From the NCBI GenBank assembly GCA_045837725.1, contig JBEWZL010000300.1:310001-374000 (forward strand): DNA of 64,000 nucleotides. The letters run 5' to 3'. Positions within the stretch are counted from its first letter, which is position 1. Each line of letters opens with the position of its first letter. A model generated the notes under the pieces. It searched no databases. It was given only the letters and a program-made list of their open reading frames with translations, and had not been told where the DNA came from. This stretch comes from Vermamoeba vermiformis. Taxonomy: Eukaryota. This document shows, piece after piece, positions 1 through 12,219 of the stretch. The position numbers and the translations under genes are program-made.

Positions 1-1341
1 GTAGCTCTGTTGCACTTCTTCGCGAATTCTTTTTGTCTGTGGGCACGTGTCATTAAGTTGAGTCAAGTTGAGCAATGACCAAATAAGGCAATACTCACCA
101 AGAACCAGTGTCGGTGCGTGAACAGCACGCGCTTGACAGTAGCCGCGTGTCGGAGTGGCAGCAGCGTGACTTGGCGCACAATCTCGAACATGAGCGGTGC
201 ATTGCGCTCGTCCCACAGTCGCGTGGTGAGTGGCACATTGCCCTTCCACTTGTCCAGCTGTTCGATCAGCGCGCACTGCAGCTGGGCGGGACACTTCTCG
301 CTGAACCCCGTGCCTAAAGTAGTGCGTGAGTGCGTGCCATCATCAGTGCGTACCAAGCACTACGTACGCTCGTCGAGGTCGTAGCCACTCTCCTGCATGG
401 CGCGCGGATAGAGCACGGTCAAGTAGCGCGCTTTGAACTGTTCGAACCAGAACTCCATGCTGCGACCTGTGCGCGCAGTCATGAACTCGAAGAACATGTG
501 GAACTGATCGACTGCTTCTTCGATGGACTCGCCGTTCGAGGGCACCAGAATCAGCGCTGGATCTGCTGCGGGAGGAGTGAGGAGTAGATTCGCTGTCGGG
601 TACTCTTGCAACAAGGGCTGAAAGTTGATAGCGCGCGAAAACAAATCGAGTGTCTCATCAATACCCTCTTTATTGTCTTCGGCTTGGAGCAGTGCTTCAG
701 CGAACAGGAGCAGCAGTTCGAATCCACTCGTGCGCACTGAAGACTTGTTTTGACGAGCCAACAACTTCTTAATCAGTCCCACTATGCATCCAAATACCAA
801 TTAGCGATTCGGCTTGCTCTGCAGACTGCTTAAGTCACTTACGCAACTCTTGAAATTTCCATCTGTTCTTGATCTGCACTACCAGCAGTACAACGCACTT
901 TTTCAGCACGTCAAATACTTGCATAACGTCGCTCTCTTGTCCTTTCTTTGTTTTATCTGCCACAATGTCACATCAGTACAATTAATTGTGCACAAATTGT
1001 GTGATCTGTTTGCCAAATCTGTTTCGGCCTTAACGTACCTTTGGCTAATTCGAGCGTACCAACAAATATGTTTATAGTTGTCATTATATTATCGCATTGT
1101 TCGATAAAAAATCGACGCAGATCTTCGCCGGTCTCCTTCTCTAAATTACGAATTTTTAACTTTTTTGCCGGATGCAGCAATAATTACAGACTTGCCACAA
1201 ACAGTTACCTGTAATTTTAACCAGAGTTTTCCATTTTTTGGTGAGATTTTTTTCGGTGATAAAGGTCTGCAGTCGCTTCTTGCTCTTCTTTTCTCTGTCG
1301 GCAGCAGTTGCCTTAGCGAGGCCTTTGATCACTTTCTCCAT
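1..1341 (-). CDS. Ral GTPase-activating protein alpha subunit-like, N-terminal part (multi-exon, runs off left end of window)
   Basis: Spliced exons give MEKVIKG...KITEKETGEDLRRFFIEQCDNI...DVMQVFDVLKKCVVLLVVQIKNRWKFQEL..VGLIKKLLARQNKSSVRTSGFELLLLFAEAL. This resembles the RalGAP-alpha N-terminus as I recall it (DLKQFFDQ...[42 protein letters not shown]). The GAP domain is not in the window. Confidence 0.65.
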
Positions 1342-1455
1342 ATCATAATCGCACTAGCTAGATAGGGTGGATGCACCTTGGTCTCCAAAATCTAGAAATA
1401 AATTGCCGTTGCTTTCGGAAGGCAGTTCAAGAAGGGGAAATTTCAGTTATTTAGA

Positions 1456-2856
1456 TTACGATCTCCAGTCGGAGATTGCTCCAAAATAAGTAGCCGCTAA
1501 TATATCCGCGCGTATCGTGTGCTCAGGCAGTCCGAATTGATGCACCTGTCCCTCATCGAAGATGAGCACGTGATTGCGACCCGCAGCAACTCTGAGGTTA
1601 TTTTTAGAGACGCGTGCACGTGATTCATAGATGCAGTACGGTGTCACGTGCACTACTTGTTCTTGAGGGGTCACGTGACACCAGCCAGCAACAAACACGC
1701 GATGACAGCCTGTAATTGACACGCGTCAAATGTTGGCACAGATTTTCAGTGCACGTGACTTACGTGTGACAAAAATAGAACTCCACAGCGCACCAATCAC
1801 GTGGTCTATCTCCACGGAGATTGTTGTGTCGTCATCGAGCTGAAAGTTCTCTACCAGGGCAGGCACGTGCTCAGACCCTGCTCGACCGAGCTGTTTGTAC
1901 CTAGCACCGATTAGTGCGCGCGCGCTGGTTCGTCACGTACCCATTCCAGCCCATGCTGTGCGCATTGCCTAATTCTGCAAATGACAGGTGTCAAACAGGC
2001 GCATAGAGTGACAGGCACGTGACTTACGATCCACCAGCAGCGAGTGATGTGCCCCTGCAGCCACACTGCGCATCGGAGGTATCTCCGCGAGCAGCTGCGG
2101 AGTGCGCACTACGTCACCGAGCACGTGATTGTCTAAATTAGGAAATGAACTGCCCAATTGACCGTACTGCGTGGCACCACAGCCGTACACCCTGCCCTCA
2201 CCTGCTGGTGTTAATTGACGCGTGTCACACAGAAGTCGACACTTACGATCCAAAAAGAGTGAGTGACAGTCCCCTGCAGCGCACTGAATGACACCTGTCA
2301 AACTGAGACGAGTCACGTGACTCGTGTCTACATTGCCAGTGCCGCATTGACCCGCGTGATTGCGTCCAGCAGTGTACACCTCGCCTGTATCTGCAAAGGA
2401 TTCAGTGAACGTGTGACACGTGTCAAACACGTACCCGTGAGAAAGATCACGTGACTCCAACCCGCGCTGACTTGTGTCACGTGCGGAGTGAATGGCACGC
2501 GACTGAGGACCCTCCACTCGTCAGTCACGTGCAGCGCTTTGCTGACTAAACAAGGAAATAATCAGCCTCTTCCGAACATCCACGTGATTCACGTACCGTA
2601 CGAATTGTTGCCTAAAAAGTACAGCTGATCTGATATCTCGTTAATATGAATTGGGACTAGTAGGCCAGTTTGACGCCACGAACCTCGTGTATTATGCTGC
2701 ATATGTATCTATCTATATATATAATTACCGCTACGTACTGTCGCTAGTCACTGCAAGTAAATAATTGAACCCGCACCGCACCACGCTGACTTGGAGACCA
2801 CTCAGATCCAGCTTCTGAAACACGTACTCGAGGCCTGTGTAGCCCCAATGCGTCAT
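1456..2856 (-). CDS. RCC1/BLIP-II repeat beta-propeller protein (multi-exon)
   Basis: Repeated RCC1 motifs: VRCGFNYLLAV..QLYFLGNNSYG, VSAGWSHVIFL, VYTAGRNHAGQCG, CAAGDCHSLFL, VYGCGATQYGQLG, VAAGAHHSLLV, VAAGRNHVLI. First exon ATG at 2856 (MTHWGYTG), stop at 1456. Confidence 0.85.
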
Positions 2857-3023
2857 AATTACTGCCCCTTCTATTGTCGCGCACTAATCACGCGTAATTG
2901 TAAAGTTGATGTTTGGTCAATGCGCAGTCCGATCTGAAAAAAAAAATCACGTGCTTGCGTGGCTGAGTCAGCGCTGGTGCTCGAGCAGTGCAATTACACT
3001 TACAACAGAGGTACACTACAACG

Positions 3024-3131
3024 ATGATCACTGATACGCAGCTCGCTACATTCGTCAATCTGGTCGGTGTCTCGATCTTTCTCCTGATTGTTGGCTATCA
3101 CTACGTTGTGGCTTACAAGCGCGAAAAATAA
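3024..3131 (+). CDS. OST4: Oligosaccharyltransferase subunit 4 (35 aa, below ORF-track cutoff)
   Basis: ATG 3024 to TAA 3131 encodes [35 protein letters not shown], matching the OST4 pattern MITDxQL...G...L.V.YHYV. Confidence 0.93.
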   Translation: MITDTQLATFVNLVGVSIFLLIVGYHYVVAYKREK

Positions 3132-3600
3132 TCTCCTTAAATTAATATTTATCATTATTAATTTACCACTGCAGTAAGTACCCTTGATACGGATCATTGC
3201 GAAAATCAATGCGATATTTATTTTTCAAACTTTACAGGACAGTGGACGCTGATATCAATATTCAAAAGTGCTCTTAGCACAGCTCACTTATGTACAAATA
3301 TAATAATAGCATGTGTATTGCGTGTCTGAGTAGTGTATCAACATCTGCTGCCACAGTGGTAGTTTTGTCTCAAATAAACACCTCCATTACAATAGCTCAG
3401 TAGTCACGGATACTCTATAATGTGCATATATGCAAACAGGGCCTCTAGTGCAGCACTGACGCTGTCGAGGCCTTACAGCGGAGTTTTCAGCTTATTTTGC
3501 ATTTCTCCTCGCAGACACGAACACACCGCAGCGGTGCTACTATTGTTGTGTATATAATAGCGAGTTACTTACTCAACATTTGCATTACTCGTGTCCGTCT

Positions 3601-5025
3601 ATGAGCGCCATTGAAAGCGACACCAAGTTGAGCGAGAGCGGATCAGGTTTGAATTTGAATTTCAAGCTCAACGGACTATAATTAACATCTCCCTATTAGA
3701 TCAGTCACTCTCGCGAAGAGCTCGTCGTGGCAAGCGAAAGAGAGACAGTCGCTCTGCAAGGTAAGCCACATCCGCTGTCAGTCAAATGAGATGCGCCCTG
3801 CAACAATTGACAATCGTAGTATTCGTATTAATATGGCTTATTTACATAGCCCCAATGGCAGTGATGCAAAGCGATTTAAAGAAGATCCCGAACCAGTCAA
3901 GCGAGGTCAGTCAGTCCCTGATTGGTCCCTGTTCCGCGCTAATTTCCTAATTTGGTAATAGTTGGACCAATCATTTACGTGCCTGGCGAGGCATTGCCTA
4001 ATTTAGAGCCCTACATCGGCAGCACTCTCGAAGTACTCATCCCTGGCGAGCACGTGACACTCAACAACGAGCACGTGATGCAGCGCCACGTGTGGGGCAG
4101 TCACGTGACCGGCGAATTCACCGACGACAGCGATGTGGTGGCACTCTTGCAGCTCACTGGTCACGTGACACTCACCGCGACACCACTCGCTGGACACGTG
4201 ATTGCGGTGTTTGACATATCACCGGGTCTTGCCAATTATGGAAGTTCAGAGCGGAACAATCTCCGCTCCAAATCTTGGGGCAAACATCACGTGACACTCA
4301 AAGTGAAGTCCGTGACAGTTGATGGCACACCACTGGCACCCACTGAACAGCACGCTACCGAGCTCGCGGTCAAAGACAGTGCCCTAAATAGGAATAGTGC
4401 CACCACGCCACCCATCCAAGTTAGTGCTGGTCATCAATCGCGTCCAAAAAAGGTAATTTTATCGTACGATCGGGACGAGGCCAGTCACTTCGCGCTGGAT
4501 ATTCTCCCAGACACCGTGTTCCAGTACAACTTGTCCAACGAGCCCTGGTAAGCGATCAGCGGAATAATTGACCTAACACTCACGATGCGCTATAATTAGC
4601 TTCAAGTACCACATCAATCTCGTGTGTGATCGCGGTGTGGAGCCCAAGCAGTGGACCTCGTTCAAGCTGAACAAGTCCGTGCTCTATTTGGAGGACTACA
4701 CGCACCGCTACGAACTCGCGCGCACCACTGACGCTGCTGGACCGGCGCGCTATCGCTGGGCACAAGTACTGCTGCCACATCGCGTCACGTGTCAGGTAAC
4801 AACAAGAACTCCTCGTGTGGCCCAATGGTGCACTAATAATACTACTTGTGACAGCTGATGAAGACGGAGAATGTGCCCCTCGCTGCACATCGCATCACAG
4901 TGCTGCACGAGAGCATTGATTGGAGTGACATACAGTGGGCCAACACGACTGTCACTGTTGCTGGCACAGTGCACACAATTAAGAAGCTGTTTTGGGTGCC
5001 CATTGCACAACCTGTTAATTTGTAA
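3601..5025 (+). CDS. Rxt3-like histone deacetylase complex subunit (multi-exon)
   Basis: The segment LEVLIPGEHVTLNNEHVMQRHVWGSHVTGEFTDDSDVVALLQLTGH...YGSSERNNLRSKSW fits the Rxt3 domain (WG...TDDSD.VA.L.H.G; Y.S..RN..RSR.W). It is followed by FQYNLSNEPW, LYLED..HRYEL and IDWSDIQW segments. Confidence 0.8.
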
Positions 5026-5415
5026 TATAATTGTAAAGTCTGCATTTTTAGAGCTACTCTGCAAATCTGAAGGACCTGTGGATAAGCCATTTGGCTATTG
5101 CGTGCCCACCGTTGATTTCCACAACAAGCCAAAATCAGCCTGAATAGGAATCGTCATTGCTGGTGGTCATCCACACAGCTGCCAAATTTGACAGGAAGTC
5201 CATTCATTGTGTCTGGTTAGTAATGGAATTTTCCCTATTTATAGTACACATGTGATTTGCAAAGATTGTACGTACTTTGGAGATCCTTCTTGAACCGTTT
5301 CAAAAGAGGCTATTCGCAGCAACCACTTGCTACTTTGAAGGGGCTTGGAAGCATCAGGTTGATACAATTACACACCCTGTCGTTAGGCAGCCATACTGTC
5401 CCATGGTGACCATCT

Positions 5416-5958
5416 GGCAAAAATTGGACATCCGCCACGGACTACATGTCGAGGTGACCATACGTTGTATTGAGGATGCGCCCCAAAATAGACAGAGTGC
5501 TGTCCAGGACCTGGTGTCTGTCCGTAGAATAGAGTTTTATTGAAATTGTAAAAAGTGAATGCAAGGCGGATGTCCTGTCCGCCAAAATTTTTTCATCTGT
5601 CAGTGGACATTGCATCTGTCCGGTGTTGCTGCGTCCGCTGATGTTAGTAATTGCAACTTATGCCAAACTTTGCCATTAGTACGACGGACCCAAGAAGGAC
5701 TACCATTGGCATCAGGAGCTTTGGGCTAACCGCCAGAGGCTGAAAATGGCAATGTTCTGCAAAGAACTCAAGTACTAGAACTTTGGTCTTGCTGCAAAAC
5801 CATTTTCGTTAATTACTAACTTCAGTGGATGCCCCGTCCGGATCCGGACGCCTTGTCCCCAGACGGACACCCTGTCTATGGATGGACGTTCCGTCTAATT
5901 TGGGCAGGACGACCTCCTCGGCGGACATGCGGTCCATGGTGGATGTCCAATTTTTGTC
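5416..5958. mobile_element. Decayed inverted-repeat (MITE/foldback-like) element in a 1.4 kb intergenic region
   Basis: 5416-5450 is the reverse complement of 5924-5958 at 30/35 nt. A weaker inverted match continues at 5482-5523 vs 5861-5904. Internal GGAC/GTCC sub-repeats are present. No transposase or clear target-site duplication was found. Confidence 0.5.
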
Positions 5959-6417
5959 CACCACATGCAGTCTGTGGCAGTTGCCAATTTTTGCTGGACG
6001 TCCACGGAAACTCACAACAAACCAGCCAAAGTGGACCGTTGATGCTGAGTGCAGATTTGGCCAGCTTAAGTTCTTTGGGGGGATGGCCAGGCCAAATTGA
6101 CTGGTTTGGTCGGGTGGCTGTCTGCCAAGGGGACCTAACTATTTTGCCAGGGAGCATTCCTGCCGTCTGCCGTTTTTTTCTTTCTCTGAATGTCAGTTAC
6201 TAGTGGTTTGTATCAACCAATGCAGCAGTAATTATGTGTATTAATGCCTCATATGTACAGATGCAAGGGGCGTCATACATACATACCTGGCCAGCTGTGG
6301 CCAACTGGGCCTGGCCAACCCTGGACTCCAACAATAAAACTTTGCAGTTCAATGGGCTGCTAGTATTCTGGAGTGGACAAATTCAGTCAACCTCTGGCTT
6401 ATTTTTTACATTCGTAT

Positions 6418-9400
6418 TTACAATAGTTTCTTCAACTCGTCTGCAACACTGGATTTTGGTATTGTTTGTGTTGGTGTAAGAGTGGAGAGAAGTGAAAGAT
6501 CAAATGAAGTACTTAAGGGTGGTGCTTCAGGACTCGCCACTCGAGCAGGGTTTGCAGCTGGAGGTGAAGGAATTACGCTGGTTAGTGTTGGATCGAGTCG
6601 CGGATCCCGTTGTTGCGCCACAAAAGACATTACAGGCAATGTGCTCGTAGTCACTGCATTCATAGCGAGTGGTACTTGCGAGGGCAATGAAGTGACAGGT
6701 GTCACATTTGGCTCGTTTGTGCTGAAAGGACCTTGATACGACGCAACACTCGAATTGACAGGTGTCAAGTTGGCACTGACAGCTTCGACATGCTTGACAC
6801 GTGACTTGTGGCTGGGAGGTGTGACGAGACGCTGTGCTTCAACCACCGCCGCGTCGTGTGAAAATCGACAGCGATCCCCGTACAAACACGCTCCCTGCAC
6901 CATGTGTTTGCATGCCTCGCGCGAGAGATCTAAAGTGACACGTGTCAGTGCTGTCAAGCAGTCATTACGTGCACCACTTACCGTGCGAATAGATGCACTC
7001 GTCACCGCGTCTGCACACCCCTGAGCGATAGAAGCGACACACCTCCTCGAGCTTGTGGCCAGCAGGGTGCAGATACGGACACTCTTGGCCCTTGCTGCAG
7101 CTCTTCTTGCTCGCAAAGTACTTGCACACCTCGCGCTCGCTGCTCGCTTTCTTCTTGCTCTTCTTCTTGCGCTTGCGTTTCTTGCGCGCAGTGCCAGTGT
7201 CACGTGTCGCTGACTGCACGCCCTCGGAGTCTGGCCCCGGTGGGCCATTCACATCGCCTTCACTCGAAATTTCACCTTCCTCATCGTCAGAGTCCTCACT
7301 CTCACTCGATGACTTGACACCTGTCAACGGTAATTCTTCTTCGGAGTCACTCCCGAGTGCCACAACGTCAGACTCAATCTCGTGACCGACTGGATTGACA
7401 GGTGTCACGTGATTGACAGGTGCAGGGTGCGGTACCGTTGCATCGAGCTCAGTCGTGGTCTGTGCGGAGGTGTTACTAGACTGTTCAGTGAATGCGCGCT
7501 GTGCTGCACTACCTGACTCGGACTGGCCCGTGCGCGGTCCTGCCGGCCCATTCACTGAATTAGACCCTGGTCCTCCGTTCACTGAACCAAGTCCCGTGGG
7601 TGGCTGGGGTCCAGGATGACTAAATTTAGCACGTTTGGTGTCCGGGCCCTGGTAGAGATCATCACGTGCGCGCTTGTAGCCCTGGTCCTGTCCGCCGCGC
7701 CCCCCGCGATATCCCCCGCGCCCTCTGTGGTACGAGCCCCGCGCGGTGTTGTAGGGCTCGGGCGGGGGCGGATAGGCGGGCGGGGGATTCGGATAGGCGT
7801 TGAGTCTGGGATCACGTGCGGGGTTCGTGAGCGCACTCTGCTGCAGCGCATTGAGCACCGCGTGTTGTTGCAGCGACTGCAGCAGTGCGAGGGGCGTGGT
7901 GTTGAGCGCGGCCCCCTGATTCAGCTGCATCAACAGCGCGGGGTTGAGGGACAGCAGTTGCAGCAGTTGTTGCTGTTGCTGCACGGGCCCTGGTGGATTG
8001 AAGCCCACGAGAGGTGCGGGCATGACTGGCCCTGGTTGAGGCTGATATCCACCACTCGCGCCTGGATTGGTGGCCATTGGTGGATTCGTGGGATATCCTC
8101 CACGTGGATTCTGCGCAGGGAAAGCACGTGATTGTTGTTGCGGAGCAGCGAACTTCTGTTTCACTGAACTGAGCCACGTGGCATCATCTGCAGAGAGTTA
8201 ACGCGTCACCAACATGATAAGACTACGCACCGAGTACTTGCGGGAATCTGAGAATTGTAACGGCAGTCTCGCGCGCTAACAGATCCATCTGCGCGAGTTC
8301 TTTGTAGTGCAAGTGCAGGGCTGGATCTGGCGCGGCTTTGTTCTGCACCTTGTTCTGCAACACAGCGCGTCAGTTCACTGTACCAACACTACAACTGCAC
8401 TACGCACCTTGTAATCAATGATGAGCAGCTTGATGTGCTGCACGAGCTGTTGATCATCGAGCAGCGTCATGTCGCGCATCATGGCCACCAGTGACTCGAG
8501 CACTGGCGCTGAGAACTCGCTGCACACGCGCCACAGCTGTTGATCGTCGCGCGCGATAGGCCGCACCGTCTGATCGATCTGCCGCACATCGAGCTTGAAT
8601 GTTTTCTGCGGGAGTGTTCGTGAGTTCATTCATGACGGCTCAAACAACTAGTTACCTCCACCACGGGCTCAGGTTCACGCACTGAGCGACGCATGTCCTC
8701 ATCGATGTGCTCGGGGGCCTTGATGCTGATCTTGCTGCTGAATGCACTCACCGCCACGAGGCCAGTGCGCGCAGTGAGGGCGCGAAACAGCGGATTGACA
8801 GCGCGCGCAATCAACTTGCACCAGGGCCGCAAGTAGAGTGCCAAAGTGAGGCCAGAGGTGTGCTTGAACGAGGTGCCCAACTTGCCCTTGATCCAGTCGC
8901 GTGTCTCGCCGTACTGTGTCGGATGGGCGAGGGAGAGGTGCACCAGTCCATGCACGGCACTCTCCACCAGCATGGTGTGCTCGTGCTTCACTGCCTCGAG
9001 CAGCAGATGGCGCGTCAACTTGTAGTCCTGACACTCCGCTGCGAACAGTGCTGACAACTTGCCACTCATCCACACCACTCCGCACTTGCTCAGCCAGGGC
9101 TCGCGCGGATCTGCCAGCACGCGCTCAAACACTTGCGCTACAGGTGTCCACCAAGCACTGGGTGCAGCGCGTACCAACAGCGCGAGTGCTTTGACAGCGC
9201 AGAGGTGCACCAAGTGCCAATCTGACTCGTAGCGCGTGTGTTCTGGGGTGCGCGGTGCAGTGCGCAGGAGATTGGTGCAGATCTCGAAACAGCGCTGCTC
9301 GAGTCCTTCATCGCGCGGCACATCTAGCAGCAGTGAGTCAATATGATCGGTACACTGCTCTCGTACTCACTCTCTAAGGCCACCACTGCATGGCCCAGGG

Positions 9401-10348
9401 CAGCTATAGCCGCGCACTTGGTGTGTTCGTTCTTGTCGTGCGCGCACTGAGGGGCAAACAGCGATCAGTCAACGGCGCATTCAACAGCAGTGCGGACACT
9501 CACCTTGATGAACTCGGCAGCAAACTCAGTGCGCAGCGAGTGATTGCGCTGTGCCATGCGTGCAATGCCAATCAGTGCCTCAGCGCGCAGTGATTTCTTG
9601 GACGAGTTCTGCACCCCCTTTGTTAGTCACAGCACAACGAGCAGCGCGTAACTGGTACCTGATAGATTTGACGGATAGTCTGGATGACATTGGGCTGGTA
9701 CACGACGTGCATGCGCGCTGTACAACGATTAGCTGTGTCCTGTACCAAGTGAGACGAGACTCACCAATGCGACTCAGCGACACCACTGCTGCACGAGAGA
9801 TCTGTTGAGAATTGAAGTCGTCGCAGGGCAAGAGCTGAACAAGTATTATTAATCAGCTGCAGTGAGTGACAAAGTGCTTACAGATTGCAAGAATTGTATG
9901 GCAGGAGGAGCTAGTTGTTCGTCGTGGTATGTCAAATAGCTAATCTCTCGTACTGCACAGACGCGTGGATTTAACCTAGCAAAGTGTCAGAGTGGCACTG
10001 ATTATAGAAGGGGATGAAGCACCGAACCAACCTGTAGGTCTGAGCGTCTTTGACAACCTGCAACAGTTTAAAGTAAATTTTCGAAATTAAGTCCTTCCTG
10101 TCTATGGATAATAGGATTGCCCCTTGAATCGCATGTTTCACTATTCTATAGACATTCAATGTTACTTTCGTGCTAATAATTTTTTTGAATTATTAAAAAA
10201 AACTAGTTTATGAATAATTGTTTTAAAAATTTGATAGAATGAATATTGGTGGTAACAAAAATATTAACCTGTGCTCAGCTGGAGGATTATCAATAATATT
10301 TAGACATTGAGAAAAGGCTTCCTCAATTTCAGACTGATATTCGGACAT
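6418..10348 (-). CDS. Large protein: helical (HEAT/ARM-like) N-terminus + Q/P/RGG low-complexity region + three CCCH zinc fingers (ZC3H4/6-like C-terminal half); start uncertain
   Basis: Exons splice in frame across 8.2-8.4 kb (IIDYK|NKVQ...RFPQVL|DDATWLSSVKQKF). Fingers: CKYFASKKSCSKGQECPYLH, CRFYRSGVCRRGDECIYSH, CKHMVQGACLYGDRCRFSH. Two RDPRL motifs are present. Confidence 0.7.
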
Positions 10349-10977
10349 GCAAGCTACTAATAGGTGAAGAAACACCTTTATCAATTAGCAATAGCTTGAG
10401 TGTGTTTGTGTTGTGTTAGTTCGGTTGGTTGAGGGTGAACAAATTAGTTTTTTCCTGCGCGTCAAGAAATTCTTCCACAAAATTATGCAAGGACTGAATT
10501 AGGTTAAATAATTTTGATAGCAGTGGTAGTGGCTGTACCGGTGCTTGTGCTAAGATTTTTCACCGAACAAACTTAAGTTGGATCTCTTCTGATCTGCAGT
10601 GGTAGTACCCTGTTTTCAATAATACAACATGAACTACCTGCAACCAACAACCACGGAAAGATGAAATTAATAGTGCGAAAGACATGTCAGGTGAAATAAA
10701 CGCTCTTTATTGGATAAGAAACGTAGTGCGACTAATTTGCTACTACTGCTGGCTACGATAAATATATCGACTATGACAATGCCTTGTTTAGAGATACCCG
10801 CAAGTAAGATACTAGCAGTACAAAAAACATTTTTGGCCTAAATTTCAACGCAACACATTCTCCGAAGAAAAAGCTCGCAAAAAAATTGGGCCGAATTTTT
10901 CCCTTCTATTTTTTCCCTTCTTTTTTGATTATCCTTCCTGCTCTGCTCTTTTTTGTTTGCACCACGCCTCTTGTCGA

Positions 10978-11188
10978 GTGAGTTATAACTTATTTATTTT
11001 GATAAACGAGAAGGGCAATTACAGGCGTTAATAATCAAAATAACGGAGATATTTGTTGATCTGACGAAACAAAACATTTTGTCGACAATCGAAATAATTA
11101 ATAATACTCAATAATTAATTATTACATAAATACGCCTTGTAAACCAACAAATATGCATTATAATAATAATTATTAATAATTTTTTTAG
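10978..11188 (+). other. Probable 5' UTR intron of RPS7
   Basis: GTGAGT donor at 10978 follows a pyrimidine-rich leader. The AT-rich body ends in TTTTTTAG two nt before the ATG at 11191. Confidence 0.55.
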
Positions 11189-11190
11189 AG

Positions 11191-11888
11191 ATGTTTACCG
11201 CCAGAACCAAGATTCAAAAACCCCAAGGTGTTGAGGTTACCCCCTTCGAGGATACCATTGCTGGATATTTATTTGATCTCCAACAAAACTCTGAATTGAA
11301 GGCCAGTTTGGAACACCTTCACATCGTCGCTGCTAAGGAAGTCGAAATTGGCGCCGGAAAGAAGGCTGTCGTTGTCTTCGTTCCTTACCGTCTCCTCCGT
11401 GAGTTCCGCAAGATTCAAGACCGTCTTGTTGGTGAATTGGAGAAGAAACTCAGCGGTAAACACGTGATCGTTATTGCTCAACGACGAATCCTCCCCAAGG
11501 AGACCAGAAACAACCACGTCAAGAGACAAAAGAGACCTCAATCCAGAACTTTGGCCTCTGTTCACGAGAAGCTTTTGGACGACGTTGTCTACCCCGTTGA
11601 CATTGTTGGCAAGCGCATCAGATACAGCACTGGCGGCAAGAGACTCATTAAAGTGTAAGTTGCTGCGATTTTGGTTTTTCTATTATTATTACAACCATTA
11701 ATCTATTGATCTATTAATCTATCTAATATTCTCTACTTGCGTTCATCGAGCACTTATTAAACGTGATATTTTTGATCAGCCACTTGGACCCGAAGGAAGA
11801 GACTACTTACGAAGGCAAGGTCGACACTTGGAGCGCTGTTTACAAGAAACTCACTGGCAAGGACGTTAGCTTCTTGTTCCCTCACTAA
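11191..11888 (+). CDS. RPS7: 40S ribosomal protein S7 (eS7), two coding exons
   Basis: [10 protein letters not shown]...[25 protein letters not shown]...[33 protein letters not shown]; second exon HLDPKE...[16 protein letters not shown]. Confidence 0.98.
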
Positions 11889-12219
11889 AAACAGCAAATA
11901 AAATAATAATTAACCTCATCTGTAACTAAAGGGGCGTGTGAAAAAAAATAAAAAAAATTAAAAAATCCAACGTAGTTCTGTTCCTTATTCAACAATATCA
12001 TTTTCTTCCCACCCGCAGCGTGTTGGATCGGATCGTTGGCGAATTTTCCTTTCGTGTTATTTGTCAATTTTTTGGTTTACCTGCCATTACCGAACTTATG
12101 TTGATTTTGTAACAACAACACTTCCATATTATATACCCACATATTTGTATTTGTAGTCCCTCAAAATTGTGACTTTGGGCAGATTGGATGCAGTTGCTTT
12201 CGCGTTTTTCTTGATTGTC

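Noticed and set aside
5277-6479. Short ORFs in the 5-6.4 kb island as genes or a transposase
   Set aside because: No DDE, RT or HUH motifs, atypical composition, and mutually overlapping frames.
10349-10600. Upstream open stretch (KILAQAPVQPLPLLSKLF...) that could extend the CCCH gene
   Set aside because: Joining it would need a non-canonical GA donor and passage through an in-frame TGA. Not supportable without reads, so the start is left at 10348.
10978-11779. Possible snoRNAs in the longer RPS7 introns
   Set aside because: No convincing box C (RTGATGA) paired with box D and a terminal stem, and no clear H/ACA layout.
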